Origin: Phyllosticta citribraziliensis
Lineage: Eukaryota
Assembly: GCF_038025025.1 (NCBI RefSeq)
Contig: NW_027117342.1
Span: 2,294,001 to 2,358,000, forward strand
Reading direction: 5' to 3'
Length of the DNA stretch: 64,000 bases
Part shown: one piece after another, positions 12,390 to 24,282 of the stretch
Layout: each line of letters starts with the position of its first letter
Numbering within the stretch: position 1 is the stretch's first letter
The notes under the pieces: generated by a model
Database searches by the model: none
What the model was told of the DNA's origin: nothing
Seen by the model: the letters and a program-made list of their open reading frames with translations, nothing else
Made by a program: the position numbers and the translations under genes

Positions 12390-13073
12390 GGTTGTGTAGG
12401 TTCGAGATGAAGCGGGGGAAAAAGGGAATTGGAGGATGGAGCAGAGGGAAAAAGGATTTGTGGAGGAGGGATGAGGTGGAGAGAGTGAGAGAGGGGAGGA
12501 GAGGCGAGCTTAAGGATGCACTGATGATGGCATCCGGACGCCGTGCTTTGTGGACGGACTGGAAGGAGCTTGGGTCAGGTCTGGTCGTTCTGACGCAATA
12601 GTTGGAAGCTTGCAGCAGGCACAACGGAAGGGCCATCCTGGAATCCAAGCGCTGGCCGGGCTGGGTCAAGCCACACCTGATGCAGTTTCCATCTTTCCCA
12701 TCATCCATCCAGTCGTCTACCACTGACATCACCACCATCTTCCACTTCCATGTCCCTTCCCGTCGCCACTGGACGCTCCCCGCGTGGCGCCAGTCAGCCC
12801 AGCGTCCTCTGGAGTCTTCTCCACATGTTCTGCCCTTCATATTGTACAGCACCCCGACAAAGCACCATGGTCTCGGAACGCGGTCAACATGCAAACGCCA
12901 TTCGGACACGTGCAAGAAACATGCAGGATGCTTTCGCCATCATCATTCGAGCTAGCAAATCACGAAACAGGTTTCAATCTCGCAACATCTCTCTCTTCGT
13001 CTTCCAATGACAGTGCGACAAGGCGACCGTTGACATTTCTCCATCTAATTCCCCACGTCTTCTGTGAGCTCAA

Positions 13074-13636
13074 CTAACCTCCCATGCGTCCGCCTTGACC
13101 TGCGTTCCCCAAGCAGACATTAGCCACTGCCTCCAAGGTCGAGCGCTTCACCTACCAGACCAGAATCCGGGCGGCACTTTGTCCTTTTCGACATCGTCGT
13201 TCGCCAATTTCGTATCAGCTCGGTCGTGGCGCTGCTCCATCTCGCGATTGTGTTGCTTAACGTCCTCGTTGATCTCAGCCGGTGCATTCTCGTCCAGGAT
13301 CTTGGGGCGCGCACCCTTGACCGCCTTGTCTTTGTTGTTGCTGGTGGTGGTGTCGTTGGACTCGCCCTGCTGCTTCTGGTCGGCCTTGCTCGACGAAGTT
13401 GATGATTCCTTGTTCTGCCCGACGTCGGGTGCCGGTGCTCCTGGATGCTCCTTGGATCGTGTCGCGCTGGACGAGGGCTGCTCCTTCGCCGCCTTGGGAC
13501 TGCTGTCGGTCGAACCGTAATCCTGATTTGCAAGGCGGCGCGGCGTCGTCGCCATGGTCGCTCTGGGTGCTGCACGCAGCGCTCGGCGGAGCTTCGTGGC
13601 TCGAAGCGAAGACGACGAGGCGCGGAGGAAAGTCAT
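13074..13636 (-). CDS. Hydrophilic hypothetical protein with predicted mitochondrial presequence, ~168 aa, 2 exons (13636-13156, 13099-13074)
   Basis: ATG at 13636 starts an Arg/Ser/Ala-rich, acid-free N-terminus (MTFLRASSSSLRATKLRR). The intron GTAGGT...CTAAT...CAG gives the C-terminus GFWSGQGGRMGG*. Confidence 0.75.
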
Positions 13637-13830
13637 GGCTGTGCTTGATGCTTGAATAATGGTGCTGAAGCAACGAAGTGTTGTTGGAAGAGGATAAAAT
13701 GTCAAGGTGAGCCAAGTGCGTTGCAAGCTCTGCAGCGTTTTGGTCAGGAAGGAGGAGAGGAGTAGGACGTCAAAGCTTCCAGCTGCGAACGACTGATTAG
13801 GCATGTAAGGAAGGTAAGCGTCCCGGTTTG

Positions 13831-13851
13831 CCCCCCCCCCCCCCCCCCCCC
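13831..13851. repeat. C21 homopolymer (G-tract on the minus strand) upstream of the 13636 gene
   Basis: 21 consecutive C are seen directly. Confidence 0.95.
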
Positions 13852-14249
13852 TCTCCCCGCGGGACCCCAAAGAGCCAACGACCGCAACCACCTGTGACGT
13901 CATTCCAACACAAGCCAATGCTTTTCTTTGCCCTTCTGGCGCTTTGCTGCATTTCACGTGGCGGCGGGGGATGCAAGGGGCTGCGTCTCGTTTGATTGCC
14001 GAATCCTGTCTCATTCTGGAAACACTCTCCCGCCTGTCATCATGCATTGGTTGGCAGTGAATAGCAAACTCATCCCCAAGAAAGAAAACTCCTCGCAATG
14101 CCCATCCGCGCCCACGCTGTAAGAAACGGCCCGAACCGCCTTCTCCGCCCCCCAAAACTCCCCGCTCCCAGAGCTGAAAGTACACAAGCGAGGTACTTAC
14201 AAGAGCACCAACGTCCATCCTGACAAAGTTCCAATCGTGGGTAGCAATA

Positions 14250-16752
14250 TCACAGCTCAACTCTTTGCTGCGCAGTCGTGTGCGCCGTCTTCCATGCTGC
14301 CTGGCGAAAATGAAATCTCAGGTTCTCACGGAAGGCCTGCTCCCTGGCAGCCTCTGGATCGTAGACCAAACGAAGCAGTCCCTTGAGCGCGGGCCCCACA
14401 GTCGCGGCCATCCACAAGACGCCCGGCTTGAGCCACTTGAAAGGCGGCACCCAAGAGGCAACTTCAAGCGTCACGTAAGGTATGCGCGGCGCGTTGGGAT
14501 TGACGCCGTAACCTTCCATGTGCTCGGCGTAGTACTTGTGACAATACTTGTTGCTGCGGCGCCATGTCAGCGCTCGCCTCTCCCCAAAGTAACCGCAGGA
14601 CAAGATGGAAGGATACATACCACAGGATCGTCTCGGTCCAGAACCACGACCAAAACAGCACAAAAAACAGACCGAACCACGTCAGCCGCAGGTAGCGCCT
14701 CTCGTCCCAGAACAGGCTCTTGAACGCTCTCCAAATGGTCAAGAACGGGTGTTGGTACGCATAGCACTGCCCCTCGGAGCCCCCACAATCGCACGACTTG
14801 TCTTGTCCCCTGACTGGAGCCGCCGCCTCGTGCTGTGCCTGTGCTTCCGCTGCTGGTGTCTCGCCCCCCGCCTCGACCTTGTTCTCCAGATGCCGCATGT
14901 TACGGTTGGCATCTCGAATGCTCTTGCGTGTCGCGCGGAGCCGCTCGTTCATGTTCTGCAACTGTAGGAGCTCTTGTTGCCGCTCGCGTTCCGCCGCCGT
15001 CTTGGGCTTCTCCGACGGCATCGAGAGCTCCTCCAATGTGTTCTCTTCCATGTCCAAGTCGACCGTGTTGTCTGCTGACATGATGCCTTGCAGCGAGTCG
15101 AGCGTAGAGTCTCCGTATCCTTCCTCGGTGGCCTTGGCTCTGCCAATTACCGCAGAGAGAGCCGATTTTGGGAGCTTTGAGTTGTTGATTTGCCGTTCAG
15201 GCTTCTTGGGCGGGTTGAATGTTCGTTTGGTGGTGGGCTCCCGAGATGCCGCATCTTTCTCGTGTGCGTCCTGTTTCGAAGTCCTCAACCTTGACGTTGA
15301 TCTCGAGCGAGATAAAGTTGCATCCACGGCAATGGTGTCATTTTGACGAGCGGCTACTGTTGCAGGAGTGTCAACCCGTGCGCCCGCCATAACAGGAGTC
15401 TTTGCTGGCGCAGTCTCTTCCTGCGTGTTTGACGTTGACTCCGGGATATCGGCAGGCCTTTTGGCCTTGGCTGGCCCAGTGCGACGGCTTTCGCTTTTGG
15501 TATCTAGTTTGGTAACCTGCGCGTTATGGTCATCCAATTCAGGTGAAGGTGTCGGGAGACCCTTGGCGTCCATGGCGCGAGCTTTGCCCTTCTTGTCCTG
15601 ATTCGGAATTGACAGTCTTTTCTCGACGAGCGGTGATTCCTTTGGCATCTCCGATTGTCTTCGGGATTGGACACTCTCCTCCGCTTCTCGTCCAGGGCTA
15701 GGACTGTTGCTCATTTCGCGAGCCAACTTTCGAAGCAATTCATGTGAGTCGTAACGTCGCTTTCCTGGGCGTGCGGTGGTTGTTTCTACTCTAGCCGGTT
15801 CTTTGGTACTACGAGACTGCTTCTCATCTGGAGGGCTCTTGTAGACGATTATTGGGGGCTGGTCGGATGCATGTTCCTGGCCGATTGGCTCAGCCGACAG
15901 CTTTGGCTTGCTAGCACGCTCCTGAGGTAGATTTCTGTCAGATTCTGAGCGTTCCTGGAGCAGCCTTCTAGGTGGGTCAACATTGTCTTTGGATGCTGCA
16001 CCCTTCCTCTTCCTTTTCGCTTCTTTGGGAGACGTTTGCCAGAGGCGATCCAAATTTGGAGGCTCAACATTAGGCTCTGTAATGCTTTCGATTTCCAGCT
16101 GCCGAATATCGTGTAACCTAGTGTTTCTCGGTATAGCGGGGGTAGATGCTAAGAGGGATCCGGATGTAAGATCCTCCGTCAGGTCCCAGTCCTGAATAGA
16201 CTTGTATCGTCTTGTAGACGAGGGTGTTTCCTGGATGATATGGCGCAGGGTGTCGGGACTGCCTTCCACTGAAGGAAAATGCATGTTTGTTTGCTTGCGG
16301 GGCGTAATGTCCAGCGCGTGCTCCGCTCTTCCCAATCGCGTTGCGCCATCATTATCACCCAAGGGCTCTGACTCTTCATCCGGATCATTGATCCTCCTTA
16401 ACCACTTGGTATCGTGTTTTGCCTTTCTCCCCCATTCTCTCGGTGGTTGTACTGGAGGATCAAGTGCGCCTCCACTATTCAGACTGTCCGGACTGTCGCG
16501 CGCGTACGGGTCCGAGACTAGTTCCTGATGGATGTTGCGCTCCAAGTTTTCAAGCGTCAAGGCTACGCGCGGACGAGTTCTTGCTTTGCGAAAAGGTTGT
16601 ATGCCCCCGCGCATCGCATTCTTAATACGTTGTTCATCCCTGGCAGCCTGTACCAGCATCCGCCCAAACTCGTCCGTGTCATCCTCGAGAGAAGTCAATC
16701 CAGATATCGATCCTGAGCGCGGGGAAGCGTCGTTGCGTAGCCGCTCGTCCAT
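14250..16752 (-). CDS. Hypothetical protein, ~811 aa: long disordered region, coiled coil and C-terminal membrane segments; 2 exons (16752-14621, 14553-14250)
   Basis: The 762-aa ORF is joined by intron GTATGT...CTGAC...CAG (14620-14554) to the frame NKYCHKYYAEHMEGYGVNPNAPRIPY. A hydrophobic segment LTWFGLFFVLFWSWFWTETIL precedes the intron. Confidence 0.8.
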
Positions 16753-17076
16753 AGGTATGTTGCGCGATCAATGTTTACGGCGCGCGAGCGTTGGAAATAC
16801 AGGGCGGCGGTAGGGCCGGAGTCTGCGATACAAGATTTGTCGATGGTAGTAAGAGGACCGTTGGACTAGGCTGGTATATGTACAAGCGACAAAAGCTGAG
16901 TGAGTGAACTTCCGCAGGGTGGTTGGGTTGCGCGTGCTGTTGATGCGGGATGCAGTCGAGCTTTCCCGCGATCACCGACAAGGATTCGCGGCCCTGGCAC
17001 CAGGCGCGTCGCGGTCCGCTCCATGCCCTACTAACTTCACCACAACACGTCGACCACAAGCCATTGCTAACGGGCC

Positions 17077-18922
17077 ATGGATCCACCGTCACCGAAACGC
17101 CGCAAACCATCGCCGACAGAGCCAGCAACTTCTGTCACCGAAACTGGTGACTTCCGTCCGCGCAATCAGCTCCGCCGCACACCACCTCGCCGAGCTTCGT
17201 ACCAATCCCCCACCAAGGCGAGCCTTTCGCGTTTCAATCCCGACATACTTGCCCGACGGACGTCGATTGAGTCAGAAAAACGACTAAATCCGGGAGACCC
17301 TACCGGTCGAGGACAACGCGCTCGCGCATTCGTTCTGGGGGAAACCGATCAGCTCGATCCCAGTTATGTGTACGGCGATGACCAAGCCCGAGTTGGGGCG
17401 ACAAAGACAGGGGCAGACGTTGATATGCAGGATATGGGAGAGGATGATCTTCCAGAACGTCCAGAAGACTCGCAACCTGATCTACCTCCACAAGAAGGCT
17501 TGTTCTCGTCACCTCGGAAAAGTCCAGCAAAGCGGAACAAATCTCTAGGCCGATATCTGTCGTCACCATCCAAACAGGCAGCTGTTCCCGGCATCCAAGT
17601 TCACCTTAACTCCAGGTCACCTGCAAAAGTAAAGGAGCCAAGTCCAATATCGGCCCCGAGTCACGAGAGTCGAACAATTGTCGTGGAGTCTAGCGGAGAG
17701 CAACAGAAACCAAGGCCCGCTTTGAAGCCTGAGCCGGATCCAAAACTACAAGAAAAGGAGCAGCTTCAAGCAAGATTGGATTCATTACGCGAGGATGTCG
17801 AAGCCATTGAGCGACAATTGCAACTCAGCCGTAATCCTCCTGATGCCGACGAGGATTCTTCTGCGCTCATGTGAGAGAGAGCCTGATGATAACTAGTCCT
17901 CCCCGCTAATTGAGTCCAGATCTCTCATAAACAAACAGGATCCAATTACCACACCCGTCCAGTCAGACTCTCCACCATTGGCCGCGATACTTGCTTCTTT
18001 CCTCCCATTGGCCAAACGTACCGATCCGCCCAGCCCACCACCCGACGAACCCGATAAACCGCTGCCGACCCACGAACCAGTCGAGCTCGACGATCCCTAT
18101 CCTTATCTCAGCCTCTTTACCGGCTTTAAATTCACGTCGTCAGTGACCATGGGCAAATCGGATCAACAAGTTCATTCAGTCTCCATGCTTTCCCCTTCAT
18201 CTCTTCTCAAGGTGGACTTTGACATGGCGGTGGACATTGCGAGCAAGCACATACAACGACTGGAAATCCTCAACGTTTCAAACTGGGCTTCGCATGAGCT
18301 TGGTTCGTACATCACCAAGGCCTCCGAAGAAAACGATCTCGGTGCTGTTTGCTCAGCCATTACTTCTTACTGGAACCTGGCAAGTAGGAGAGCGGCGTGC
18401 TGGGCCAGATGTCGGCGAGAATTCCCACATCTTCTATCTCATCGAGGGAAAGGAGCACAAAATACTTCAGGATCATCGATCCGAAAGACTTCCGACAATC
18501 AAGAAACTCCAGCGAGTATAGCTGCCCAAGATGAGGAAGAAGAAGAGGTATCTGGAATCATGATGGACTCTGTAGTCCAGGAACATGGTGAACGGCCATA
18601 CTCCAAACCAGATCTAATCCCATTCCTGGATCGTCATCAGCTTCTTCTTAGGAGCAATCAGGTCTTGCTCAGAATCACTTGGACAATACAGTTTGATTGG
18701 TCGGGCGAAGCACAATCGACACTCAAAGCGGACGCTGTTGTTCCTGAGGCCTGTAAGTTGCCTATTGATCCTCAAAGCATGTTTGGATGCTGACTTGCCA
18801 CAGGGATCGAGGCAGACGGTCGGGATTCACTGCGAAGAGTTCCGGAGACATTTGACAAACTTCTTCATAGCAGAGGCGCTTTCGGGGCCATTAAAGTTCT
18901 TGAGGGCGTTCTGTTCGCCTAA
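17077..18922 (+). CDS. Hypothetical protein, ~581 aa, 3 exons (17077-17870, 17920-18752, 18804-18922); possibly a CENP-P/Ctf19-like kinetochore subunit
   Basis: Two canonical introns (GTGAGA..CTAAT..CAG; GTAAGT..CTGAC..CAG) join the two track ORFs and a last exon in frame. The protein has an SP/TP-rich N-terminus, a coiled coil and a folded C-terminal region containing LRITWTIQFDWSGEAQS. The gene model is solid; the function is inferred. Confidence 0.75.
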
Positions 18923-18995
18923 AAAATTGGTCTGAGTAATTATACAGACGTTTGCGGTGGGAATTTTATTGTCGGCAGTTTAACACCTCTCGAGA

Positions 18996-20356
18996 CTAAT
19001 CGCCAAAGAAGTAGGTGTTGCCAGCCCCATTGTCGAAACCCCTCGTTCCCTTCAACTGGTTAGAGCGGCCATGTGCACGCATCATATCGTTCCTCGCAGG
19101 CATTGGATGGTGTCCAACTAAAGCGTTCCTAGTGACCAATGCTGAATCCTCGAGTCCGTCTTCCAACATGAGTATTCTTTCCTTCTGGAGTCCTGCTCCC
19201 CCGTCGCTGACGGATAGCGTCCCTGGCGTCTCTGGCGTCCCTGGCAGCTGGCTGAGGAAAGCCATTTCGGCATACTTCTGCATCACTCTGGTCTTGTGAT
19301 GGGGTCCCATGAGGCGTTTTGTCGCAGTTTCGACTTGTCCCAACAGATTTTCCAGGATCCGTTTTCTGATTTCCACTGGGAGACGACTGCACCATTTATT
19401 CCTTAAGCCCTCGACGTCGTCTTCGCTGGCACGATACATGGACTTTCTGACGAGCGATGAGTGGGCCATGTCATATGCAACCCAAGTCACCCGTCCGGTG
19501 AAGGTGACGATACCTCCCTGGTAGCTCTGGTCCTTGTGGGCCATTTTTCCATGCCAATGTTTGCTGTCAAAGGAGATTTCGATCTTGCCACCCGGACGAA
19601 GCTCGCGAGCGTAGCCTGCTCAAACTCTGCATGTCAGGTCCTTTTTTCTTTGGCAGGGGCGAAACTTCTCACCCTTGATCTCGTTATAGAGTGCTTTCAC
19701 CCGGTCCTTGTCAAAATTGGACGTGAACATACGATCGTACCTGAATCACAGTCGTAAGTTCCTGGACCTCGCTCCTGTCGACTTCTTCGTCCTCACAGAC
19801 TGTACTTCTCGTCATCACTTTGCGCTTTTTCCAAAGCAGCGACTGCTCTCAGATAGCTCGTCATCCTCGCCGGATTTCGTGCAGGCGTTGGTATTGTGGT
19901 ACAATCATTCAAGACAGGGTGCAAGAGCCATAAGTTAAACGCCGTTTTATGAGGTTCTCCGTCCCTAGTTTCCAGAGGGGGTTGGTTAGCGCCTCAACAC
20001 CTACGAGGCTCCATCCATCCAATCGCTGCACGTGCTTGACATTTGGCAGGTCATCGTCTCCTTGGCTGCGAGGCCGCCCTTCAATAGTTGCACTTGTCAG
20101 CGTCCACGGTCCTGTCGTCTGCTCGTCCTTGCAAAACTAGCTTGTTCATCGCGGCATCTTGATTAGCGCCCACTCCAACTCCCCTGCCGTTCTCATAACC
20201 AGCCTTCGAGCAGAAGGTCGAAACACCTCCCTCGAGACCCTTGAGTTGGCCGCCATACCTACGCTCACCAACCGGCCATGTATAATCAAGCATTGCGTCA
20301 CGCCTCAAGCAAATCGGTCCAACGGGGCAAACCTCCTGTCTTTCCAAAACAGACAT
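18996..20356 (-). CDS. Multi-exon hypothetical protein; 5' end unresolved
   Basis: In-frame splicing is possible through short introns 19490-19447, 19672-19627 and 19805-19741 and an acceptor at 19965 (GCTAAC...TAG). This gives ...MTSYLRAVAALEKAQSDDEKYDRMFTSNFDKDRVKALYNEIKEFEQ... leading into the 182-aa ORF frame. No recognisable domain. Confidence 0.45.
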
Positions 20357-20590
20357 GCCTTTACACCATCCATGTCAGGCTGTCCAGCATGGAGAACCGA
20401 CACTCTCCAGAGCGTTGCCATGGCAAAATGTACGCAGCTTACAGCATACGCGGATTACACGAGGGCAAAAAATCTTCATTTCCATTGGATACTTGATACT
20501 GAACCACTGGTTTTTCTTAGTAGATGAAAGGAAGGACTCATTCCAGACCAAAGACTGCCCGTCACAAACGGAGCCAGGAAATGGACGGAC

Positions 20591-21693
20591 CTAAGCACTT
20601 CCAATACGGTAGACGAGTTTCTTGCCGCTCACCTTGCCCTGGCGCAAGTCATTCAAGCCCTCCAGCACACCGTTCAACCCGCCATCCCGAACATCCGGCT
20701 GGTGGACGCGGAACTTCTTCTCCTCCAGCAACCGCTGGCTCAGCGCCCAGAACATTTTTCCGAACTCGAAGTCCTCCTTCTTCGCCGGGAAGTTGGCTCC
20801 AAACTTGAAGAACTCCTCGCCGACGACGGTGTATCCGAGCGTTTGTCTGGCGTCGACATCCTGGCGGGGGAATTCTACGTTGAGCAAGGCGCTGTAGGCC
20901 GGCTTCTTGGAAGATGTTTCGGTCGAGAGAGCCTCCGCGCAGATTGTGGGTGAAGAATGCTCCGAGACGCAATCAAAGGCATGGTAGAGCGAGTTCTGGG
21001 TGTGTGCCCTGATGTCTGCTCCGCACGTCGGACTGTTGTAGTCGAAGGCCGCAGACGCTCCAAGGGAGTGAACAAGGTCAAAGTTGCGAGGCGAACAGGT
21101 GGTGATAACATCAAGACCGGACCTGCAATGATTCTCCGTCAATTTTTCCTCTGTGCAGACAAGTGTTGCTGGTCCAGGACTCACAACTTGGCGAATTGAA
21201 TCGCCAACGCGCCGGTAGCGGTGCTCCCACCATAGATGAGCACAGGAAACTTGGTCTTTGCCGGCTGCTCCGGGAGTGGCAGACGCAAGCTCTGATACAA
21301 ACCCTGGCCAACGGTCGTGATACCAACTCCCAGCGTTGCCGCCTCTTCCCAGCTGACGCTCTCCGGTATCTTCATGTGTGGACCCGCCTTTGCCACGAGG
21401 TACTCTGCAAACGCACCGTCTTCCTTGTTGTTCGCGTTTCCCCCGTGAGCAAAGCCAGCGATCCTGTCTCCCACGGCGACATCCGTCACACCTGGGCCCA
21501 ATTCTTGGACAACGCCGGCGAAGTCGCAGCCTGAGGTGCTCCCTTCACATGGGACGAAGTCAATGTGCTTCCAGTCGGTGGGGTTCAGGGCAACAGCGAC
21601 TGTTTTGACAAGGACATAGCCAGGCCGGATTTGCGGAGTAGAAACGTCTTCGACCTCGGCGTGACCGGGAGTTTTGATCTTGATGGCCTTCAT
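20591..21693 (-). CDS. MDR-family trans-enoyl-reductase-like oxidoreductase (ToxD/LovC-like), ~346 aa, 2 exons (21693-21185, 21122-20591)
   Basis: Motifs [59 protein letters not shown] and C-terminal [10 protein letters not shown]. Intron is GTGAGT...CAG. Confidence 0.92.
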
Positions 21694-21715
21694 AGTTGCA
21701 GTCCTCAATTTGAAC

Positions 21716-21775
21716 TCGTCAATTGAATGGTTGTCAATCGAATGGACGTCAATGGAATGGTCGTCAATGGAATGA
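21716..21775. repeat. 4 x 15-bp tandem repeat just upstream of the enoyl reductase start codon
   Basis: Units are tcgtcaattgaatgg / ttgtcaatcgaatgg / acgtcaatggaatgg / tcgtcaatggaatga. Confidence 0.9.
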
Positions 21776-23027
21776 AGTGCCCAGTATGGCGGGGAAGAGG
21801 GGAACTCTAGAGTATATCATCTAGCGTCATCGCTGTGATTAGAAATCAAGCTTATTAAACATGGTGATCACCGGTAGAAGGGATCACCGGCAGTGGGGAC
21901 ACCGCTATACTACCTCTGTATAATCAATTGCTAATTACTTCGCGTGCTTTATATGCACGCCTATATAGTAGTATATAGTAGGTATATAGTTATATAGGCG
22001 GAGCTAAGCTATAGAATTAGAATCTATATACTAATATACTAATATACTATATATTATTCCTTTTTTTTAGCTAAATTAACCCCTAAATTTCTTACTAAGA
22101 CTAGTACTAGTTAAAAGAGTATAGTTAATATACCTAAGGCTCTAACTTTTAGCTCCTAAACTATATATACTATTATATAAGAAGGGGTAGAAAGTTATAA
22201 GAATAGGAGTATATATTTATACCCCCTATATCTCTATAGAAGCTTATCTAATTAGGATAAAAAGTATACTAATTAAAAGCCTATACTTAGTTCTATAATA
22301 TATAATACTTATATTATTATAAAATATTAGGAAATAAGGATAGGAGGGTAAGTTTAAATTTTTAAATTTTCTTTAATCTTTAGTAAATACTCTAGCTAGG
22401 AGCTATATCTTACTTTAGAGCTATATCTATTATAATAGGTAGTATACTAGTATATATATCTATATAAGTATAGATAATTCTAGTACTATATAATTGTATA
22501 ATAAAAGCCTTAGGTTAGTTACCCCTAACTACTAAATCTATATTATAAAGTAGTAACTTAGTACTTAACTAAGGTAAGTTGATTAGCTAATAGATAATAA
22601 TTATAAGGTAGAGTAGTAGGGAGGATATAGAGCTATAGCTAGCTTAGTCTTATAGCTTACTTATATATATATAGTACTATATAACTAAGGTTTAGCTAAC
22701 CCTATACTTTAGTACCCTTATAGATCTTATGCCTACTCTACTACCTATCTACTACTCTATTTATACTAATTTATCTTACTACTCCCCTCCTTTCTAGGTT
22801 CTTAACCTAAGGTCTAGCTATTAGGTAGGTATAGTCCCTTTTTATTATTTATCTAATACTAATCTAGGACTATCTCTACTACTCTATTAAATAAGCTATT
22901 TATTTATTTAGTTAGTTTAATATCTCTCTTAAGTCTAAGACTATAAGAGATAAGGATAGCTATCCTAGTTATTCTATATAGCTTATATATTATATAACCT
23001 ATTAGGTTATAACTATATTAGGAGGTA

Positions 23028-24282
23028 ATATATATATATATATATATATTACTAGCCTTTCCTAGGTATTTTTTTAGTAGGTATAATTAGATATTTTAGG
23101 CCTATCCCTTATAGGAATATTACTAAACTAGTAAAATAAGTAGAAATAAGTAAAAACTAAAGGAGTATTATATATTTATAAAGGAAATAGTTAGGTTTTA
23201 TAGGTAGGGGAGTAAAATATATATATATATATATATCCCTATAACTCCTTAACTATAATATATAGTAGGTTCTCTTTTAATATACTACTATTTAGTAGCT
23301 ATATTAGTCTTTTTAGTAAAGGCTAAGGTTACCTTTATAGTTTCTAAGTTTTTAAATAGGTTTTTAATACTTAGGGAGAGGATATCTCCCCTAAGTAATT
23401 TTCTCTATTCTCTATACTCCCTATAAGATAGTAGGAGGTATATAGGAGTTTCCTTAGGACTACTATACCTATATATACTAGTAGGAGACTATTTAGTATA
23501 TAATAAGTAGGCTTTAAAGTATCTATATCCTATTTTTAGTTAATAAAAAGCTAAGGCTATAGTACTTAGTATTCCTATAGGTACCCTAAGCTTATAGCTA
23601 GATCTAGTTATATAAGTACTATAGTAGGAGAAGGTATTATTAGATTTAGCTTTTACCTTATCTATAATAGCCTACTAGTCCTATATAATAGTTTCCTTTA
23701 TATCTAGGCCTATAAGTACTAGAGCTTTAGAGTAGGGTTTAGGCTCTTTATTAGTTACTTCCTAAGCTAAGGAATTAGCTAATTTATTTATATATATATC
23801 TATATAGCTTAGTACCTATTCTAGTACTATAGAAGTACCTCTAGATATAGCTAGTTTAACTATATCTAGGACTCTTAATTACTAGGACTATTCTAGGTTA
23901 TTAGAAGGATTAATTATCCTATATATAGTAGTCTAGTTATCTATATATATATAGTATATATATCTATTTTTTATATTTCTACTAGTATATTTAAATACCT
24001 TAGTAATACCCTCTAATTTACTATTATTATTACGAGCTAATAGATTACCTAATTAGTAGATAGTTTCTAAGTGACTATTTACCTAGTACTAGGGTATATA
24101 AGTATAGGAGGTAAAGCTAAGTAAAGAAGGTATATAAATAAGGTAGAAGTTAAATTAGTACTAAGTCTACTTAGGAGTATTAATTATAAGAAATATAAAG
24201 ATAGTTATCTATAGTATCTATATAATAAGATCCTTTTATATTCTCTTATCTAACTTACCTTAGAAAATATAGAAGAGGGTAT
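23028..24282 (-). mobile_element. 3' fragment of a Tad1-like LINE ORF2 (RNase H + CCHC finger), RIP-inactivated
   Basis: The minus strand reads ALAFY*LKIGYRYFKAYL...ETPIYLLLSYREYRE*R, which de-RIPs to ASAFYQLKIGHGYFKAYL..CRCG..ETPMHLLLSCREYREQR. An RNase H-like W-V-P-S-H...N-E-L-A-D lies at ~23.8 kb. A (TA)n run at 23028-23050 is the likely 3' tail. Confidence 0.8.

Noticed and set aside
13637..14260. N-terminal 200 aa of the 370-aa track ORF 13148-14260
   Set aside because: It has a non-ATG start and runs through promoter-like DNA including the C21 tract; the ATG at 13636 gives a coherent presequence.
20591..21693. Secondary-metabolite gene cluster around the enoyl reductase
   Set aside because: No PKS/NRPS, transporter or tailoring genes are in the window, and stand-alone members of this family are common.
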